From: Chloroflexota bacterium
Lineage (GTDB): Bacteria > Chloroflexota > Limnocylindria > QHBO01
Length of the DNA stretch: 64,000 bases
Direction: 5' to 3'
Assembly: GCA_013816405.1 (NCBI GenBank)
Contig: JACDEL010000004.1
Location: 3,475-67,474 of the forward strand
Shown: one piece after another, positions 38,398 through 49,875 of the stretch
Layout of the letters: each line of letters opens with the position of its first letter
How positions within the stretch are numbered: position 1 is the first letter of the stretch
Notes under the pieces: model-generated
What the model was told of the DNA's origin: nothing
Seen by the model: only the letters and a program-made list of their open reading frames with translations
The model's database searches: none
Position numbers and translations under genes: made by a program

Positions 38398-39442
38398 GAC
38401 TCCCGCCCAGCCGATGACGGGCGAGGGCCGGTTCCTCGCCTCGCTGCGCCATGAGCAGCCGGACGCCACCCCGGTCTGGTTCATGCGGCAGGCAGGCCGC
38501 GCCCTGGCCGACTACCGCCTGCTGCGCGAGCGCTACCCGATCCTGACCCTGGCCAAGACGCCGGAGCTGTGCGCCGAGGTGACGCTGATGCCGGTCCGCG
38601 CCTTCGGCGTCGACGCCGCGGTGCTCTTCGCGGACATCATGCTGCCGCTGGAGCCGATGGGGGTCTCGCTCGAGATCCAGCCCGACGTCGGACCGATCAT
38701 CCACAACCCGATCCGCTCCATGGCCGACGTGGACCGCCTGCGGCTCATCGAGCCGGCCGAGGAGGTTGCGTTCGTAATGGAGGCGATCCGCCTGGTGCGG
38801 GGCGAGCTGGCCGGGAGGCAGGCGGTCATCGGCTTCTCAGGGTCGCCATTCACGCTGGCCTGCTACCTCATCGAGGGGCGGCCGTCGCGGGACTATGCGA
38901 TCGCCAAGGCCTTCATGTACCGCGAGCCGGCCGCCTGGCATGCCCTGATGGAGAAGCTCGCCGAGGTGGTCATCCGTTACCTCAATGCCCAGGTCGCCGC
39001 AGGGGCGCAGGTCGTGCAGCTCTTCGACTCGTGGGTCGGCGCGCTCTCGCCGGGGGATTACGTGACCTATGCCCAGCCGCACGTGGCCCGCATCTTCGCG
39101 GCGGTGCGCGGTGCTCCCACCATCCACTTCGGGACCGGGACGGCCGCCCTACTGGAGCTGATGGCCGACGCGGGTGGCGATGTGATCGGGGTCGATGCGC
39201 GCCAGTCGCTCGACGTTGCATGGGACCGCATCGGCCTCGATCGAGGGATCCAGGGCAACCTGGACGCCACCCGTCTGCTGGCCGGATGGGACGCGACACG
39301 AGAGGGTGCGCGTGACGTGCTGCGCCGCGCTGCCAGCCGCCCGGGGCACATCTTCAACCTGGGGCATGGCGTCCTGCCTGAGACCGATCCCGCCCTGCTG
39401 GCCAGGCTGGTCGAGCTGGTGCACGAGGAGAGCGCCCGATGA
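38390..39442 (+). CDS. hemE: Uroporphyrinogen decarboxylase
   Basis: ..TPVWFMRQAGRALADYRLLRERY..VLFADIMLPLEPMGV.. are canonical URO-D motifs. Start ATG 38390 overlaps the hemL end. Confidence 0.85.
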
Positions 39443-40389
39443 AAACGGGCGCGCGACGACTGGGCGTCCTGCTCATGACCTACGGCTCGCCGGACGACCC
39501 CGAGGATATGCCCCGCTACCTGACCGCCGTGCGCGGCGGGCGACCCGTGTCGGAGGAGGTGGTCGCCGAGTTCCGGCGGCGCTATGAGGCGATCGGCGGC
39601 TCCCCGCTGATCCCCATCACCCAGGCCCAGGCGGCCGCCGTCGAGAAGCGGCTGCGCCGGGATGGCGTGGACGCCCGCGCCGCGGCCGGCATGCGCTTCT
39701 CGGAGCCGACGATCGCCACCGCGCTGGGCGGGCTGGCGGAGGCGGGCCGTCGCGAGGTGGTGGGCATCATCATGAGCCCCCAGTTCTCCGGCCTGTTGAT
39801 GAGCGGGTATGAGCGCACCCTCAACGACGCGGCCGCGTCGCTCGGCGCGGATGCCCCGGAGGTTTGCCTCGCGCCGCCGTGGTACCGAAATGAGCGGTTC
39901 GTCGAGGCGGTGTCCAGGCGGATCGACCAGGGGCTCGATCGGCTGCCGGCCGCCGAGCGGGATCGCGCCGCGGTGCTGCTGACTGCCCACTCGCTGCCCC
40001 GCCGCGTGGCGGAGACAGAGCCGGAGTACCTTCATCAGCTTCGGGCGACGGCCGAAAGCGTTGCCGCGCGGGCGGGACTTCCACCTGAGCGCTGGCACTT
40101 CTGCTGGCAGTCGGCGGGGCATGAGCCCGGGGAGTGGATGAAGCCCGACTTCGCTGAGCTGCTCCCGGAGTTGCGCAGAGCCGGGCACCGCGCGGTCCTG
40201 GTTGCGCCGATCCAGTTTCTGGCCGATCACCTGGAAGTGCTGTACGACATCGACATCGGCGCCCGAGCACAGGCCGAGGATGCCGGGATGGCTTTCGCGC
40301 GCATCGAGTCGCTCAACCTCATGCCGGAATTCGTGGCGGCGCTGTGCGATGTCGCCCAAGGGGGCCGAGGTAGCCTGCTGTCCGCCTAG
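39439..40389 (+). CDS. hemH: Ferrochelatase (coproporphyrin ferrochelatase type)
   Basis: ..[28 protein letters not shown].. at the N-terminus and ..[22 protein letters not shown].. at the C-terminus are ferrochelatase signatures. Confidence 0.8.
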   Translation: MKTGARRLGVLLMTYGSPDDPEDMPRYLTAVRGGRPVSEEVVAEFRRRYEAIGGSPLIPITQAQAAAVEKRLRRDGVDARAAAGMRFSEPTIATALGGLAEAGRREVVGIIMSPQFSGLLMSGYERTLNDAAASLGADAPEVCLAPPWYRNERFVEAVSRRIDQGLDRLPAAERDRAAVLLTAHSLPRRVAETEPEYLHQLRATAESVAARAGLPPERWHFCWQSAGHEPGEWMKPDFAELLPELRRAGHRAVLVAPIQFLADHLEVLYDIDIGARAQAEDAGMAFARIESLNLMPEFVAALCDVAQGGRGSLLSA

Positions 40390-41204
40390 CGGACGGCCTC
40401 CAGGAACCTTCGCGTTCGCTCCTCGCGCGGGTTGCCGAAGAACTCGTCCGGCGGTGCATCCTCGATGATGCGCCCCTCGTCCATCATCACCACCCGTCCG
40501 GCCACATCCTTGGCGAAGCCGATCTCGTGGGTGACCACGATCATGGTCATCCCCTCACGGGCCAGCTCCTCCATCACGGTCAGCACCTCGCCGACGAGTT
40601 CGGGGTCGAGGGCCGATGTCGGCTCGTCGAAGAGCATCACCTTGGGATGCATCACCAGCGCGCGGGCGATGGCCACCCGTTGCTGCTGCCCGCCCGAAAG
40701 CTCGGACGGGTAGAAGTCAGCGCGCTTGTCCAGCCCGACCCGCTCGAGCATCACGCCCGCGGTGGATCGGGCGTCCGCCTCGCTCATGCCGCGCACCTCG
40801 GTCAGGCCGATCGTCACGTTGCCCAGTGCCGTTCGGTGCGGGAACAGGTTGAAGCGCTGAAACACCATCCCGATATCGGTGCGCTGCTTCGCCAGCACGC
40901 GCTCTGGCAGGGGCACGAAGCGGCCGCGCGACTCGCGGACCCCGACCCGGGCACCTTCGAGGTGAACCTCCCCGCGGTCGATCGGCTCCAGGAGCCCGAG
41001 ACAGCGCAGGAACGTGCTCTTGCCGGAGCCGGATGGACCGAGGATGGCCTTGACGTCTCCGCGATGCACGCCGAGCGATACGCCCTGCAGCACGTCGTTG
41101 GAGCCGTATCGCTTCCAGACGTCCCGCGCCTCGATCACGTACTCGCTCGCCGGCGTGGTGGAGAGCTCCTCGATGGTTCCCTCGTCGAGGATGCGCCCGG
41201 TCAT
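40386..41204 (-). CDS. Polar amino-acid ABC transporter ATP-binding protein
   Basis: Walker [11 protein letters not shown]-loop, signature [15 protein letters not shown], Walker [11 protein letters not shown]. Start at MTGRIL (ATGA overlap with the permease gene). Confidence 0.8.
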   Translation of the reverse strand: MTGRILDEGTIEELSTTPASEYVIEARDVWKRYGSNDVLQGVSLGVHRGDVKAILGPSGSGKSTFLRCLGLLEPIDRGEVHLEGARVGVRESRGRFVPLPERVLAKQRTDIGMVFQRFNLFPHRTALGNVTIGLTEVRGMSEADARSTAGVMLERVGLDKRADFYPSELSGGQQQRVAIARALVMHPKVMLFDEPTSALDPELVGEVLTVMEELAREGMTMIVVTHEIGFAKDVAGRVVMMDEGRIIEDAPPDEFFGNPREERTRRFLEAVR

Positions 41205-41920
41205 CGGCCGATCGCACGCATGATCGAGCGCTGGCCGCGGACGCGCGAGGTCCACACGAACCGACGCTCGAGCCACGCCTGTCCGACCATGAAGATGCTG
41301 ACCAGCACAAGGTAGTAGACGGCCGCCGCCAGGTACCACTCGGCGAAGCGGAACGACGAGGCGACCGCGGTCTGGGTGTTGGTCATCAGCTCACGCACGG
41401 AGACGACACTAGCCAGGCTGGTGATCTTGAGCAGGGTGATGAAGTCGTTGGCCATGGGCGGAATCGCCACCCGGGTCAGCTGGGGCGCGACGACCTTGCT
41501 GAACACCTTGAATGGCGTCATGCCGAGCGCGCGCGCCGCGACCTTCTGACCGTCGTCAACGGCCAGCAGGCCGCCGCGCATGATCTCGGCGGCGTACGCG
41601 GCCTCGTTGAACGACAACGCAATGGTCGCCGCCAGGAACGGCGTGAACCATTGTTCCCTGAACACCGGGAACACTTGCGGCAGCGCGTACCAGACGATGA
41701 AGAGCTGGATCAGCGTCGGGATGCCGCGGAAGATCCAGACGTAGGTCCACGACAGGATCCGCAGCACCCGCAGCCGACTGTCGCGCATCACAGCAACCAG
41801 CAGGCCGATGACGAGGCCAACCGCAAACGCGACGACCGTCAGGGCGATCGTGACCTGGACGCCCTGGATCAGGGACTTTGAGGTGAGTGCCTCCAGGAAG
41901 ACGGGCCCTTGAAAGTCCAC
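41201..41920 (-). CDS. Amino-acid ABC transporter permease (HisM/GlnP type)
   Basis: 239 aa with the EAA loop ..[20 protein letters not shown].. Confidence 0.8.
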   Translation of the reverse strand: MDFQGPVFLEALTSKSLIQGVQVTIALTVVAFAVGLVIGLLVAVMRDSRLRVLRILSWTYVWIFRGIPTLIQLFIVWYALPQVFPVFREQWFTPFLAATIALSFNEAAYAAEIMRGGLLAVDDGQKVAARALGMTPFKVFSKVVAPQLTRVAIPPMANDFITLLKITSLASVVSVRELMTNTQTAVASSFRFAEWYLAAAVYYLVLVSIFMVGQAWLERRFVWTSRVRGQRSIMRAIGR

Positions 41921-41963
41921 GCTTGCCTCACGCGATCAGGGACCCGCCTCGGCGGGGAAACGC

Positions 41964-42860
41964 CTACTCGATCTTGTCGAGCGTGGCCGGATCGAGGTTG
42001 TACTTCTCCGCGATGGTCGTCAGCTTGCCATCCGCCTTCAGCGCGCGAAGAGCAGCCGCGATGGCGTCACCGATGTCGTCATGTGCTTTCTGGCGGTAGA
42101 CGCCGTAGGTCTTGTCCTGGGAGGCGACGAACGCAACCTCGTACTTGTCGGCGTTGCGGGTCATCCAGTCGGCAACCGCCTCCTGGGTCTCCCAGATGGC
42201 GACCGCGCGGCCAAGGACGATCTGCTGGAACTCATCGGCGACCTTTGCGTAGCCCTGAATCTCGATCGCCGGATTGCCGGCGTCCGTGCAGTCCTTGCTT
42301 GCCTGGGCCGAGACCGTCTCGACCAGGCCGCCGGTCTGGATCGCAACGGTCTTGCCGCACAGGTCGGCGGCTGTCTTGATGCCCTCGGGGTTGCCCTTGA
42401 CCACCATCACGACGTGGCCGGTGGCCATGTACGGCGTCGCGTCGGCGACGGCGATGCGCTCATCCGAGATGAAGAGGCCGGACCACACGATGTCGCAGCG
42501 TCCCGCAGTGAGGTCAGGAATGAGCGCGTCGAAGCCGGTGTTGCGGATCGTGATGGTGAGGCCGAGCTTGTCGGCGACCGCCTTGGCGGCATCGACGTCA
42601 AAGCCGATCGCAAGGTTCGGATCGGTCACGTCGGATGTCTCGAAGTATTCGAGCGGGGGATATTCGATGTCGACGCAGTCGACCAGCTGCCCGGCCGTGA
42701 TCAGGCTGGTGGGCGCCGGGATGACGGAGGCCGATGCCGCAGCGCTCGCGCTGGCCGCCGCCTGGCTCGGGCTCGCCGAGGAGCTCCCCGCCTGCTGGCA
42801 CGCGGCCAACATCAAGGCTACGATTGCCACGGCTAGGAACGAAGTTCTGCGGACGATCAC
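41964..42860 (-). CDS. Amino-acid ABC transporter substrate-binding lipoprotein
   Basis: Signal peptide plus lipobox (LAACQQ). Family-3 SBP size and pattern. Confidence 0.75.
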   Translation of the reverse strand: MIVRRTSFLAVAIVALMLAACQQAGSSSASPSQAAASASAAASASVIPAPTSLITAGQLVDCVDIEYPPLEYFETSDVTDPNLAIGFDVDAAKAVADKLGLTITIRNTGFDALIPDLTAGRCDIVWSGLFISDERIAVADATPYMATGHVVMVVKGNPEGIKTAADLCGKTVAIQTGGLVETVSAQASKDCTDAGNPAIEIQGYAKVADEFQQIVLGRAVAIWETQEAVADWMTRNADKYEVAFVASQDKTYGVYRQKAHDDIGDAIAAALRALKADGKLTTIAEKYNLDPATLDKIE

Positions 42861-42905
42861 CTTCTGCCTCCTGAAGCCCCCGTCTCATCGAACGCCGTCG
42901 GGGGT

Positions 42906-44585
42906 TTGTACCACGCTGGGGGGTGGGTCGACAAGACGTACCATGCCGGTGTGAGCCCTCGCGACGCGACTACGACGGTCTACATCAATGGGCGGGTCCT
43001 GACCTGCGACTCCCGGCAACCGTCGGCTGCCGCCGTGGCCGTGCGCGACGCGCGGATCGTGGCGGTCGGGGAGGCTGCCGCGGTCCAGCAGCATCTCATC
43101 GGCGGCGCGACGAGCCTCGACCTCGGCGGCCGCACCATGGTCCCCGGCTTCATCGACGCGCATAACCACATGGCCTGCACCGCGGAGACCTTCTTCGCCA
43201 TTGACGCCGGCCCTCGATCGGTGAGCTCCATCACCGAGCTGGTGACCGCGGTCGCTGAGGCAGCCACGGACACGCCGCCTGGCGCATGGATCCGCGGCTT
43301 CGGGATGGACTGGACGCGGTTTGCGGAAGGCAGGCGGCCCACCCGCTGGGACCTCGACGAAGCCGGTGACCAGCACCCGGTCGTGATCCTGCACGTGTCC
43401 GGGCACTACGCGCTGGTCAACTCCCGTGCCCTCGCGGACAGCGGCCTGAGCGAGGACGCCCGCGACCCGGAAGGGGGATCGCTCGAGCGCGACGAGTCCG
43501 GGCGGCTCACCGGGCTGCTGCTCGACAGCGCGACGAACCTGGTCCTGCAGACCTCGGTCGACATCTGCGGACACGGGCCGAACATCCACACGGCCGTCGA
43601 CACGGACGAGTTGGCGCGCATGATCGGCGAGGCATCACGACGCTATCTCGCGGCAGGCCTCACCACGATCTGCGATCCGCAGGTCACCTCGCGCGAGATG
43701 GCGGCATACCAGTTCGCGCGTGCCCAGGGAGATCTGCCCATTCGGACGGTGATGCTTCCCCTGTCCCATCAGCTCGACGAGTACCTGGCCATCGGCCTGG
43801 TTGGCCCGATGGGAGACGACCACCTGCGCATCGGCGCAATGAAGTTCTACACCGACGGCGCGATCACCGGCGGTACTGCGATGTTCAGCAAGCCGATGGG
43901 CTCTCGCGGCCAGTACCCCGGCTCGCTCTACCACCAGCCGGCGGAGCTGGCGGACCTGCTGCGCCGAGCGGCCGGCGCCGGCTGGCAGCTGGCCATCCAC
44001 ACCATGGGCGACCGCGCCATGGGGATCATGCTCGACGCCGTCGAGGCGGCAATGGCCGCCGCACCGGATGGCGACATCCGGCACCGCATCGAGCATTCGA
44101 CCTGGCCGACCCCCGAGCAGCTGGCCCGCATCGCGAGGTTGGGAATGGTGCCGGTCACCCAGCCCGGCTCGATCGCCGAGCTCGGCGACATCTGGCACGA
44201 CCACCTGGGCGAGCGCGTCCATCGGGCCATGCCGTTGCGAGACCAGCTTGAGCTTGGGATCCGCCCGGCGATCAGCAGCGATGCCTTCGTGCAGAGCTAC
44301 CGGCCGCTGGACACCATCGCGGCTGCGATGCAGCGGGTCACGCCGAGCGGCTTCCAGGTTGGCCCGGACCAGGAGCTGACGATCGAGGAGGCCCTTGCGG
44401 CGCACACGATCAACGCGGCCCGGGCGATCCACATGGAGGATCGGATCGGATCGATCGAGGTTGGGAAGCTGGCCGACTTCGCGGTGCTGGACGGCGACCT
44501 GTTGGCCACGCCAGCCGAGGACATTCGCCGCATCCCGATCTGGATGACCGTCATCGGCGGCGAGCCCCTGCACCCAGGCAGCTGA
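42906..44585 (+). CDS. Amidohydrolase-family metal-dependent hydrolase (amidohydro_3 type)
   Basis: ..VPGFIDAHNHM.., ..ILHVSGHYALVNS.., ..WQLAIHTMGDRA.., ..RIEHSTW... N-terminus may start downstream of 42906. Confidence 0.7.
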   Translation: MYHAGGWVDKTYHAGVSPRDATTTVYINGRVLTCDSRQPSAAAVAVRDARIVAVGEAAAVQQHLIGGATSLDLGGRTMVPGFIDAHNHMACTAETFFAIDAGPRSVSSITELVTAVAEAATDTPPGAWIRGFGMDWTRFAEGRRPTRWDLDEAGDQHPVVILHVSGHYALVNSRALADSGLSEDARDPEGGSLERDESGRLTGLLLDSATNLVLQTSVDICGHGPNIHTAVDTDELARMIGEASRRYLAAGLTTICDPQVTSREMAAYQFARAQGDLPIRTVMLPLSHQLDEYLAIGLVGPMGDDHLRIGAMKFYTDGAITGGTAMFSKPMGSRGQYPGSLYHQPAELADLLRRAAGAGWQLAIHTMGDRAMGIMLDAVEAAMAAAPDGDIRHRIEHSTWPTPEQLARIARLGMVPVTQPGSIAELGDIWHDHLGERVHRAMPLRDQLELGIRPAISSDAFVQSYRPLDTIAAAMQRVTPSGFQVGPDQELTIEEALAAHTINAARAIHMEDRIGSIEVGKLADFAVLDGDLLATPAEDIRRIPIWMTVIGGEPLHPGS

Positions 44586-44586
44586 G

Positions 44587-44955
44587 TCAGGGGACGACGA
44601 TTTTCCAGAACGAGTCCTTCTTGGCGATCAGGCCGTCGCGGAAGGTCCACAGGTCGCAGCCTCGGACCTCGATCCGCTCGCCGTCGGTCGTCGTCCCACG
44701 CAGCGTCCACTCGGAGGCGCCGCGGTCGCCCACCGCGAAGTGGTCGTCATCGCCGTAGTGGAGCTCGGGCAGTCCCGCGAATCGGGCGGCCAGGCCCTCA
44801 CGCACCCGCTCCCTGCCCTCGAACCTGGTTCCCCATGGATCCGGCCCGCGAGGCGACTCGAAGACCGCGTCATCGGTGAAGTAGTTCATGACCGCGTCCA
44901 GGTCGCGGGTGTTGAAGGTTGCAGTGAACTCCCTGAGCACGTCTGCATCGCTCAA
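44587..44955 (-). CDS. SnoaL-like / NTF2-like protein
   Basis: 122 aa. ..LREFTATFNTRDLDAVMNYFTDDAVFESP.. Confidence 0.6.
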   Translation of the reverse strand: MSDADVLREFTATFNTRDLDAVMNYFTDDAVFESPRGPDPWGTRFEGRERVREGLAARFAGLPELHYGDDDHFAVGDRGASEWTLRGTTTDGERIEVRGCDLWTFRDGLIAKKDSFWKIVVP

Positions 44956-45065
44956 TTCGTCTGCCCTCCTGTGTGTTCTTGAGTGGAGTTGTAATACCCA
45001 TCGTCAAGCGTCGGCCGTATCCTCCTGCGGAGGCAGGACGCCGCCACAGCAATGGGAGTCGAACG

Positions 45066-45506
45066 ATGGGCGACACCGATTTCTCCACCGAGCGGCTGCT
45101 CGAACAGGCACGAGGCAATCAGAGCGCAATCTTCCTTTTGGCCGTGCGCTGGGCCCGCGAGCGCGATGGGTCGGTCGATGGATGGGCAAACTTCCTCGGG
45201 AGCCAGTTTGCAGAGGGCTGGGCGAGTCTGCGTGGGGGCGCCGCGCTGGAGGTCGCGCGGATGGCGGGCCTGAACTTCGCGAGCTCGGCGGACTCGAAGT
45301 TCGTCCGGGTGGAAGGCGACTCTTCACGAGCGGAGGCGGTGATCGATGGGCCAGACCCGCAATGGCTTGAGGAGACTGGCGTGTCGATCGAGGACAACGA
45401 TCGGGCAAATGAGCTGATCTTCGCCCGCATCGCCGACTACCTGGGGATGTCGTTTGAGGCGCACCGAGACGCAGACGGTCTCCACCTGACGTTCTCGCAG
45501 ACCTAG
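45066..45506 (+). CDS. Hypothetical protein (147 aa)
   Basis: Start at MGDTDF. No recognisable motif. Codon usage is consistent with the neighbours. Confidence 0.4.
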   Translation: MGDTDFSTERLLEQARGNQSAIFLLAVRWARERDGSVDGWANFLGSQFAEGWASLRGGAALEVARMAGLNFASSADSKFVRVEGDSSRAEAVIDGPDPQWLEETGVSIEDNDRANELIFARIADYLGMSFEAHRDADGLHLTFSQT

Positions 45507-45955
45507 GCCTCCATCAGTCGTGGATCTTGGCCACGGTCGCCATCGACCGTCAGGACGACGTTCCCCGTCTTCTGCTCCGTCTCGACGTACCTGACGGCCT
45601 CGACGACGTCCTCCAGCGGGTAGGTCCGATCTATGACAGGCGGTACTTCCCCGCCTCGATCAGTTCCTTGAAGAGCAGTTCCTCCTTCTTGTACCGGGCG
45701 ATCCCCATCCTCAAGCTTCCTGCTGCCGATCCACCGCGTCGCGAAGAGCAGCAGCGGAACGTGCATCATGAAGCCGAGGTCCGTTTCGATGAAGGTTCCA
45801 CCCGGCTTGAGCGATCTCATGGACCGCCTGAAGGACTGCTTGCCCACGCTGTCGAAGATGACGTCGTACCGCTTGCGTTCGTCGTGAAGTCTCGCTGGGT
45901 GTAGTCGATCACCTCATCGGCCCCGAGCGACAGCTCTCATCGGCTCGTCCTTCCC
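45503..45955 (-). pseudogene. Remnant C-terminal half of a zinc-binding (MDR) dehydrogenase / quinone oxidoreductase, with at least two frameshifts and no N-terminal half
   Basis: Three frames give ..LGADEVIDYTQRDFTT.., ..SFRRSMRSLKPGGTFIETDLGF.., ..VIDRTYPLEDVVEAVRYVETEQKTGNVVLTV.., which are colinear with the MDR C-terminus. Confidence 0.45.
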
Positions 45956-46051
45956 GTTGGCCAGCGCGCCTAGGGTAGCAGTGGACCGACGGCCTGCCGG
46001 TATGATGATTCGCCTCTCAGCCGGCCCAGACATGGGGCGCCGATAGATCAA

Positions 46052-47494
46052 ATGGTCACTCGTAGCGGCAAGCGTTCAGCCCAGGGCGCGAACGAGATCA
46101 CAGCTGCGGGCATCGAGGCCCTGCGAGGGACCTTCCGCGGCGAGCTGCTGCTGCCGGGGGACGAAGGGTACGATCCGGCCCGCCAGGTATACAACGCCAT
46201 GATCGACCGACGGCCCGCCCTCATCGCCCGGTGCCTTGGCGTCGCCGACGTGGTCGCGGCGCTTGAATTCGGACGTTCGGCTGGGCTGGAGATCAGCGTC
46301 CGGGGCGGCGGGCACAGCGTGAGCGGTCACGCGGTCGTCGACGGCGGGCTGATGATCGACCTGTCGCTGATGCGCGCGGTGCACGTTGACCCTGAGCGGA
46401 TGGTCGCATCGGTCCAAGGGGGCGCGCTCCTCATGGATCTGGATCGCGAAGCCGCCCACTTTGGACTCGCCACTCCCGCCGGACTGGTCGCCGACACCGG
46501 TGTTGGTGGCCTGACCCTGGGCGGCGGGTACGGCTGGCTCGCCCGCCGTTATGGCCTGGCCTGCGACAACCTGCGGGCGGCCGAGGTGGTGACGGCCGAT
46601 GGCTCGCTGCTGACAGCCAGCGCCGAGCAGAATCCGGACCTCTTCTGGGCACTGCGGGGCGGCGGCGGCAACTTCGGGATCGTCACGACCTTCGACATCC
46701 AGTTGCATCGGTTTGGACCGATGGTCGGGACCGGCGACCTCTACTTCCGGGTTGAGGATGGCACGCCCGCACTACGTGCCTTCCGCGATCTCCTGGCCGA
46801 GGCACCTGACGAGTTCTACCTGATGGCCTACGTGATCCATGCCACGGCCGACGTCCCCGTGGCGGAAGAGCACCGCGGCCGCCCGGTGGTAGGCGTCTCC
46901 TGGGTCTGGGTGGGGGACGACCTTGAGGAGGGCGAGCGGGTGGCCGCCCCGCTGCACGTTGGCACGCCGATCGCCGAGGTGCTGGAGTCGGTTACCTACG
47001 TCGCCCTCCAGTCGATCGCCCTGGCGCCGGACCGGACCGGCAAGCGGCATTACTGGAAGTCCTCGCTGCTGGCGGATATTTCCGATGCAGCGCTGGCGGC
47101 GTTCCTGGAGGGTGGTGCCGAGGCGAATCGTTCGGCACCGATCATGTTCGCCGAGATGCTCTCCATGGGCGGTGCCATCGCGCGCGTCGGGGAGGATGCG
47201 ACGGCGTTTGGCAATCGCCACGCGGTGGTCGACTTCATCTGTGGAGCTACCTGGACCGATGCAGCCGAAGACGAGCAGCACATGTCCGGCGCCCGCGACG
47301 TCTGGCAGGCCGTGTCCGCGCACGGCTCGAGCGGGGTGTACGTCAACAACCTGGGCTCGGAGGGCGAGGGTCGGATCCGCGCGGCGTATGGGGCGGCGAA
47401 ATACCAGCGACTGGCCGAGATCAAGGCTCGCTACGACCCGGAGAATGTCTTCCACCTGAACCAGAATATTCGCCCTGCAGAGGTTCACCCGTAG
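46052..47494 (+). CDS. FAD-binding oxidoreductase (BBE-like), paralog of 5151-6566
   Basis: ..SVRGGGHSVSGHAVVDGGLMIDLS..GVGGLTLGGGYGWLARRYGL.. and C-terminal YDPENVFHLNQNIRP. Confidence 0.8.
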   Translation: MVTRSGKRSAQGANEITAAGIEALRGTFRGELLLPGDEGYDPARQVYNAMIDRRPALIARCLGVADVVAALEFGRSAGLEISVRGGGHSVSGHAVVDGGLMIDLSLMRAVHVDPERMVASVQGGALLMDLDREAAHFGLATPAGLVADTGVGGLTLGGGYGWLARRYGLACDNLRAAEVVTADGSLLTASAEQNPDLFWALRGGGGNFGIVTTFDIQLHRFGPMVGTGDLYFRVEDGTPALRAFRDLLAEAPDEFYLMAYVIHATADVPVAEEHRGRPVVGVSWVWVGDDLEEGERVAAPLHVGTPIAEVLESVTYVALQSIALAPDRTGKRHYWKSSLLADISDAALAAFLEGGAEANRSAPIMFAEMLSMGGAIARVGEDATAFGNRHAVVDFICGATWTDAAEDEQHMSGARDVWQAVSAHGSSGVYVNNLGSEGEGRIRAAYGAAKYQRLAEIKARYDPENVFHLNQNIRPAEVHP

Positions 47495-47506
47495 ACTGCA
47501 CGACCG

Positions 47507-48718
47507 ATGGAGCAGTTCGAGGCGGTGATCGTCGGCGGCGGACAGGCGGGACTCGCCGCCAGCCACCAGCTCACGCAGCTTGGCGTGGAGCACATCGTGC
47601 TGGAGCGTGGGCGCATCGGGCAGACCTGGCGCGATCGCTGGGACAGCTTCTGCCTCGTCTCGCCTAACTGGACCATCCAGCTCCCGGGCGGACCGTATGC
47701 CGGCGACGATCCCGATGGGTTCATGCCGCGCGAGGAGATCGTCGCCCACCTGGAGGGATACCAGCAGGCGTTCGGCCTCCCCGTCCGGGAGGGCGTTGGC
47801 GCGATGTCGATTGAGTCGGACGCAGACGGATTTCACCTCCGGACGTCAGCTGGCGATCTCCAAGCTCGATCGCTGGTGCTTGCGAGCGGCGCCTACCAGC
47901 GCCCCTACCGGCCGCCCGCGTCCGCGACGCTGCCGTCGGACCTGCTCCAGATCGACGTGGACGACTACCGCAACGAGGGCTCGCTGCCGCCGGGGCGGAT
48001 CCTGGTCATCGGCAGCGGCCAGTCGGGCTGCCAGATCGCCGAGGAGCTGCGCGAAGCGGGCCGCGAGGCCGTCCTTTCCTGCGGCAAGGCACCATGGGTC
48101 CCGCGACGGGTGGGTGGCCGGGACATCTTCCACTGGTTCGTCGACACCGGCTTCATGGCTCACACGCCCGATTCGCTCTCGAGTCCCGCCGCGCGACTCG
48201 CCTCGAACCCATTGGCCACGGGCCATGGCGGTGGCCACGACCTCGACCTGCGGATCCTTCGAGCGAAAGGAGTCGTCCTCGTCGGCCACTTCCTGGGCGC
48301 GTCGGACCACCGCGCTCGATTCGCCGTCGATCTTGGAGAGAGCGTGGCCTGGGGAGACGAGCGCTACGGACAGATGATGGATGGCATCCGGAAGGCTGCG
48401 GTTGAGCTCGGCTACCCCGATCCGGAGATCGCCGAGCCGAAGCCGTTCGACCCGGAGTCACCCGAACATGTGTCGCTAGAGGACCTCGGCGCGGTCATCT
48501 TTGCCGGGGGATTCCGCCCCTCCTATCAGTCGTGGCTGCCATGGCCCGCGGCCTTCGACGACATGGGATTTCCGATCCAGACGGAGGGGGCGAGCACGGT
48601 CGTCGACGGGCTGTACTTCGTCGGCGTCCACTGGATGCGGCAGCGCAAGTCGGCGCTCCTGCTGGGCGTCGGCGAGGACGCAGCGATCGTGGCGCGGGCG
48701 ATCAGCGAGAAGGGGTAG
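47507..48718 (+). CDS. Flavin-containing monooxygenase-like NAD(P)/FAD-dependent oxidoreductase
   Basis: N-terminal VIVGGGQAGLAAS (GxGxxG) and a second dinucleotide motif ILVIGSGQSGCQIAEEL. 403 aa. Confidence 0.7.
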   Translation: MEQFEAVIVGGGQAGLAASHQLTQLGVEHIVLERGRIGQTWRDRWDSFCLVSPNWTIQLPGGPYAGDDPDGFMPREEIVAHLEGYQQAFGLPVREGVGAMSIESDADGFHLRTSAGDLQARSLVLASGAYQRPYRPPASATLPSDLLQIDVDDYRNEGSLPPGRILVIGSGQSGCQIAEELREAGREAVLSCGKAPWVPRRVGGRDIFHWFVDTGFMAHTPDSLSSPAARLASNPLATGHGGGHDLDLRILRAKGVVLVGHFLGASDHRARFAVDLGESVAWGDERYGQMMDGIRKAAVELGYPDPEIAEPKPFDPESPEHVSLEDLGAVIFAGGFRPSYQSWLPWPAAFDDMGFPIQTEGASTVVDGLYFVGVHWMRQRKSALLLGVGEDAAIVARAISEKG

Positions 48719-48721
48719 GCA

Positions 48722-49181
48722 ATGGGAATCACCGAGATCACGGGCGCGATCGCTGTCGTCGTGTCCGTCCGTCCTGTACCTGGGGCTCCAGATCCGCGAC
48801 AACACCAAGGTGCTGCGCAGCCAGGCTCACTACAACGCGCTGTCGCTCGCGCAGCGGCCGATGGAGATGATGATCGAGAACGAGAGCCTGGCCAGCATCG
48901 TCAACCGGGGCTACGCAAGCCCCAACGCCTTGAGCGCGGACGACTGGGCCAGGTTCGGCAACTACGCGTTCATCAGCTTCAACGCCTGGGAGTATCTCTA
49001 CTACCAGCATCGCGATCGTGCGATCCCGAAGGAGCTCTGGGTGGGCGCGGATAGCTACTTCAAGGGCCTGGTCGCCGAGAAGCCCGGATTGACCCGCTTC
49101 TGGTCAGAGTTCCACACATCGTTCGACGAGCCGTTTCGGTCTTATGTCACACAGGAATTCGCAAAGCGGACGGCGGCCTAG
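48722..49181 (+). CDS. Hypothetical membrane-anchored protein; a 4-bp tandem duplication (CCGT-CCGT, ~48770) breaks the frame between the N-terminal helix and the body
   Basis: MGITEITGAIAVVVS in one frame continues as VLYLGLQIRDNTKVLRSQ..YYQHRDRAIPKELW.. in the 48501 frame if CCGT is removed. Confidence 0.3.
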
Positions 49182-49392
49182 GCGGCGAAGAAGTCTGCGA
49201 GGACTGGGGCAAGGACAGCCGGCTTTACGACGTGCGTCTGCCCCTCCAGGGTGACGTGCTTTGAGTTGGGGAGGAGGTCGACCTGCGCCCTCACTCCGTT
49301 CGGCATCGAGGCCGGGCTCTTGGCGCCGTCCACGATGAGCGCTGGAGCGGTGAGCGATGCCTAGCGATCGGCCGGAAGTGGATGCGGAGTCT

Positions 49393-49875
49393 CTACGCCG
49401 CCAGGTTGGCCAGGAGTCCCTCGAGGCGTGCGTAGGTCTCGGTAGCCCCGCGCTCCGCGCCCGACGCGACGATGCTGTCACGCTGCTCAGTGGTGTCGAA
49501 GAGTGAGGTGACGGTCAGACGGGTGCGCTCACCGAGATCCTCGAAGGTGATCGTCTCGACGTGGGTCGTGCCCATCCCCTCGATCGCGAAGGTCTGCACG
49601 ATCCTCTCGGGCGGGGTGACCTCGCGGTAGGTACCGCTGAAGGCCGCGTCGTAGCCGTTCGGATAATGAGCGAGGAATCGCCAGCTGCCGCCGGTCCGTA
49701 CGTCCATCTCCTCGACGACGGTCTCGGCGCCCCACCACTGCGGGATGAGGGATGGATCGGTATAGGCGGCGAAGACGCGGTCTCGCGGCGCGTCGAAGAC
49801 CCGCTCGATGCGGAGCTCGCGGTCTGACGGCAGACTGAACGTGACAGGCTGCGCCTGCGGTTGTGCGCTGGTCAT
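49393..49875 (-). CDS. SRPBCC-superfamily protein (AHSA1/Aha1-like activator-of-Hsp90-ATPase fold)
   Basis: 160 aa from MTSAQP. ..ELRIERVFDAPRDRVFAAYTDPSLIPQWWG.. is the AHSA1 family pattern. Confidence 0.6.
   Translation of the reverse strand: MTSAQPQAQPVTFSLPSDRELRIERVFDAPRDRVFAAYTDPSLIPQWWGAETVVEEMDVRTGGSWRFLAHYPNGYDAAFSGTYREVTPPERIVQTFAIEGMGTTHVETITFEDLGERTRLTVTSLFDTTEQRDSIVASGAERGATETYARLEGLLANLAA

Noticed and set aside
39067-40359. 430-aa minus-strand ORF
   Set aside because: Antisense shadow of hemE/hemH.
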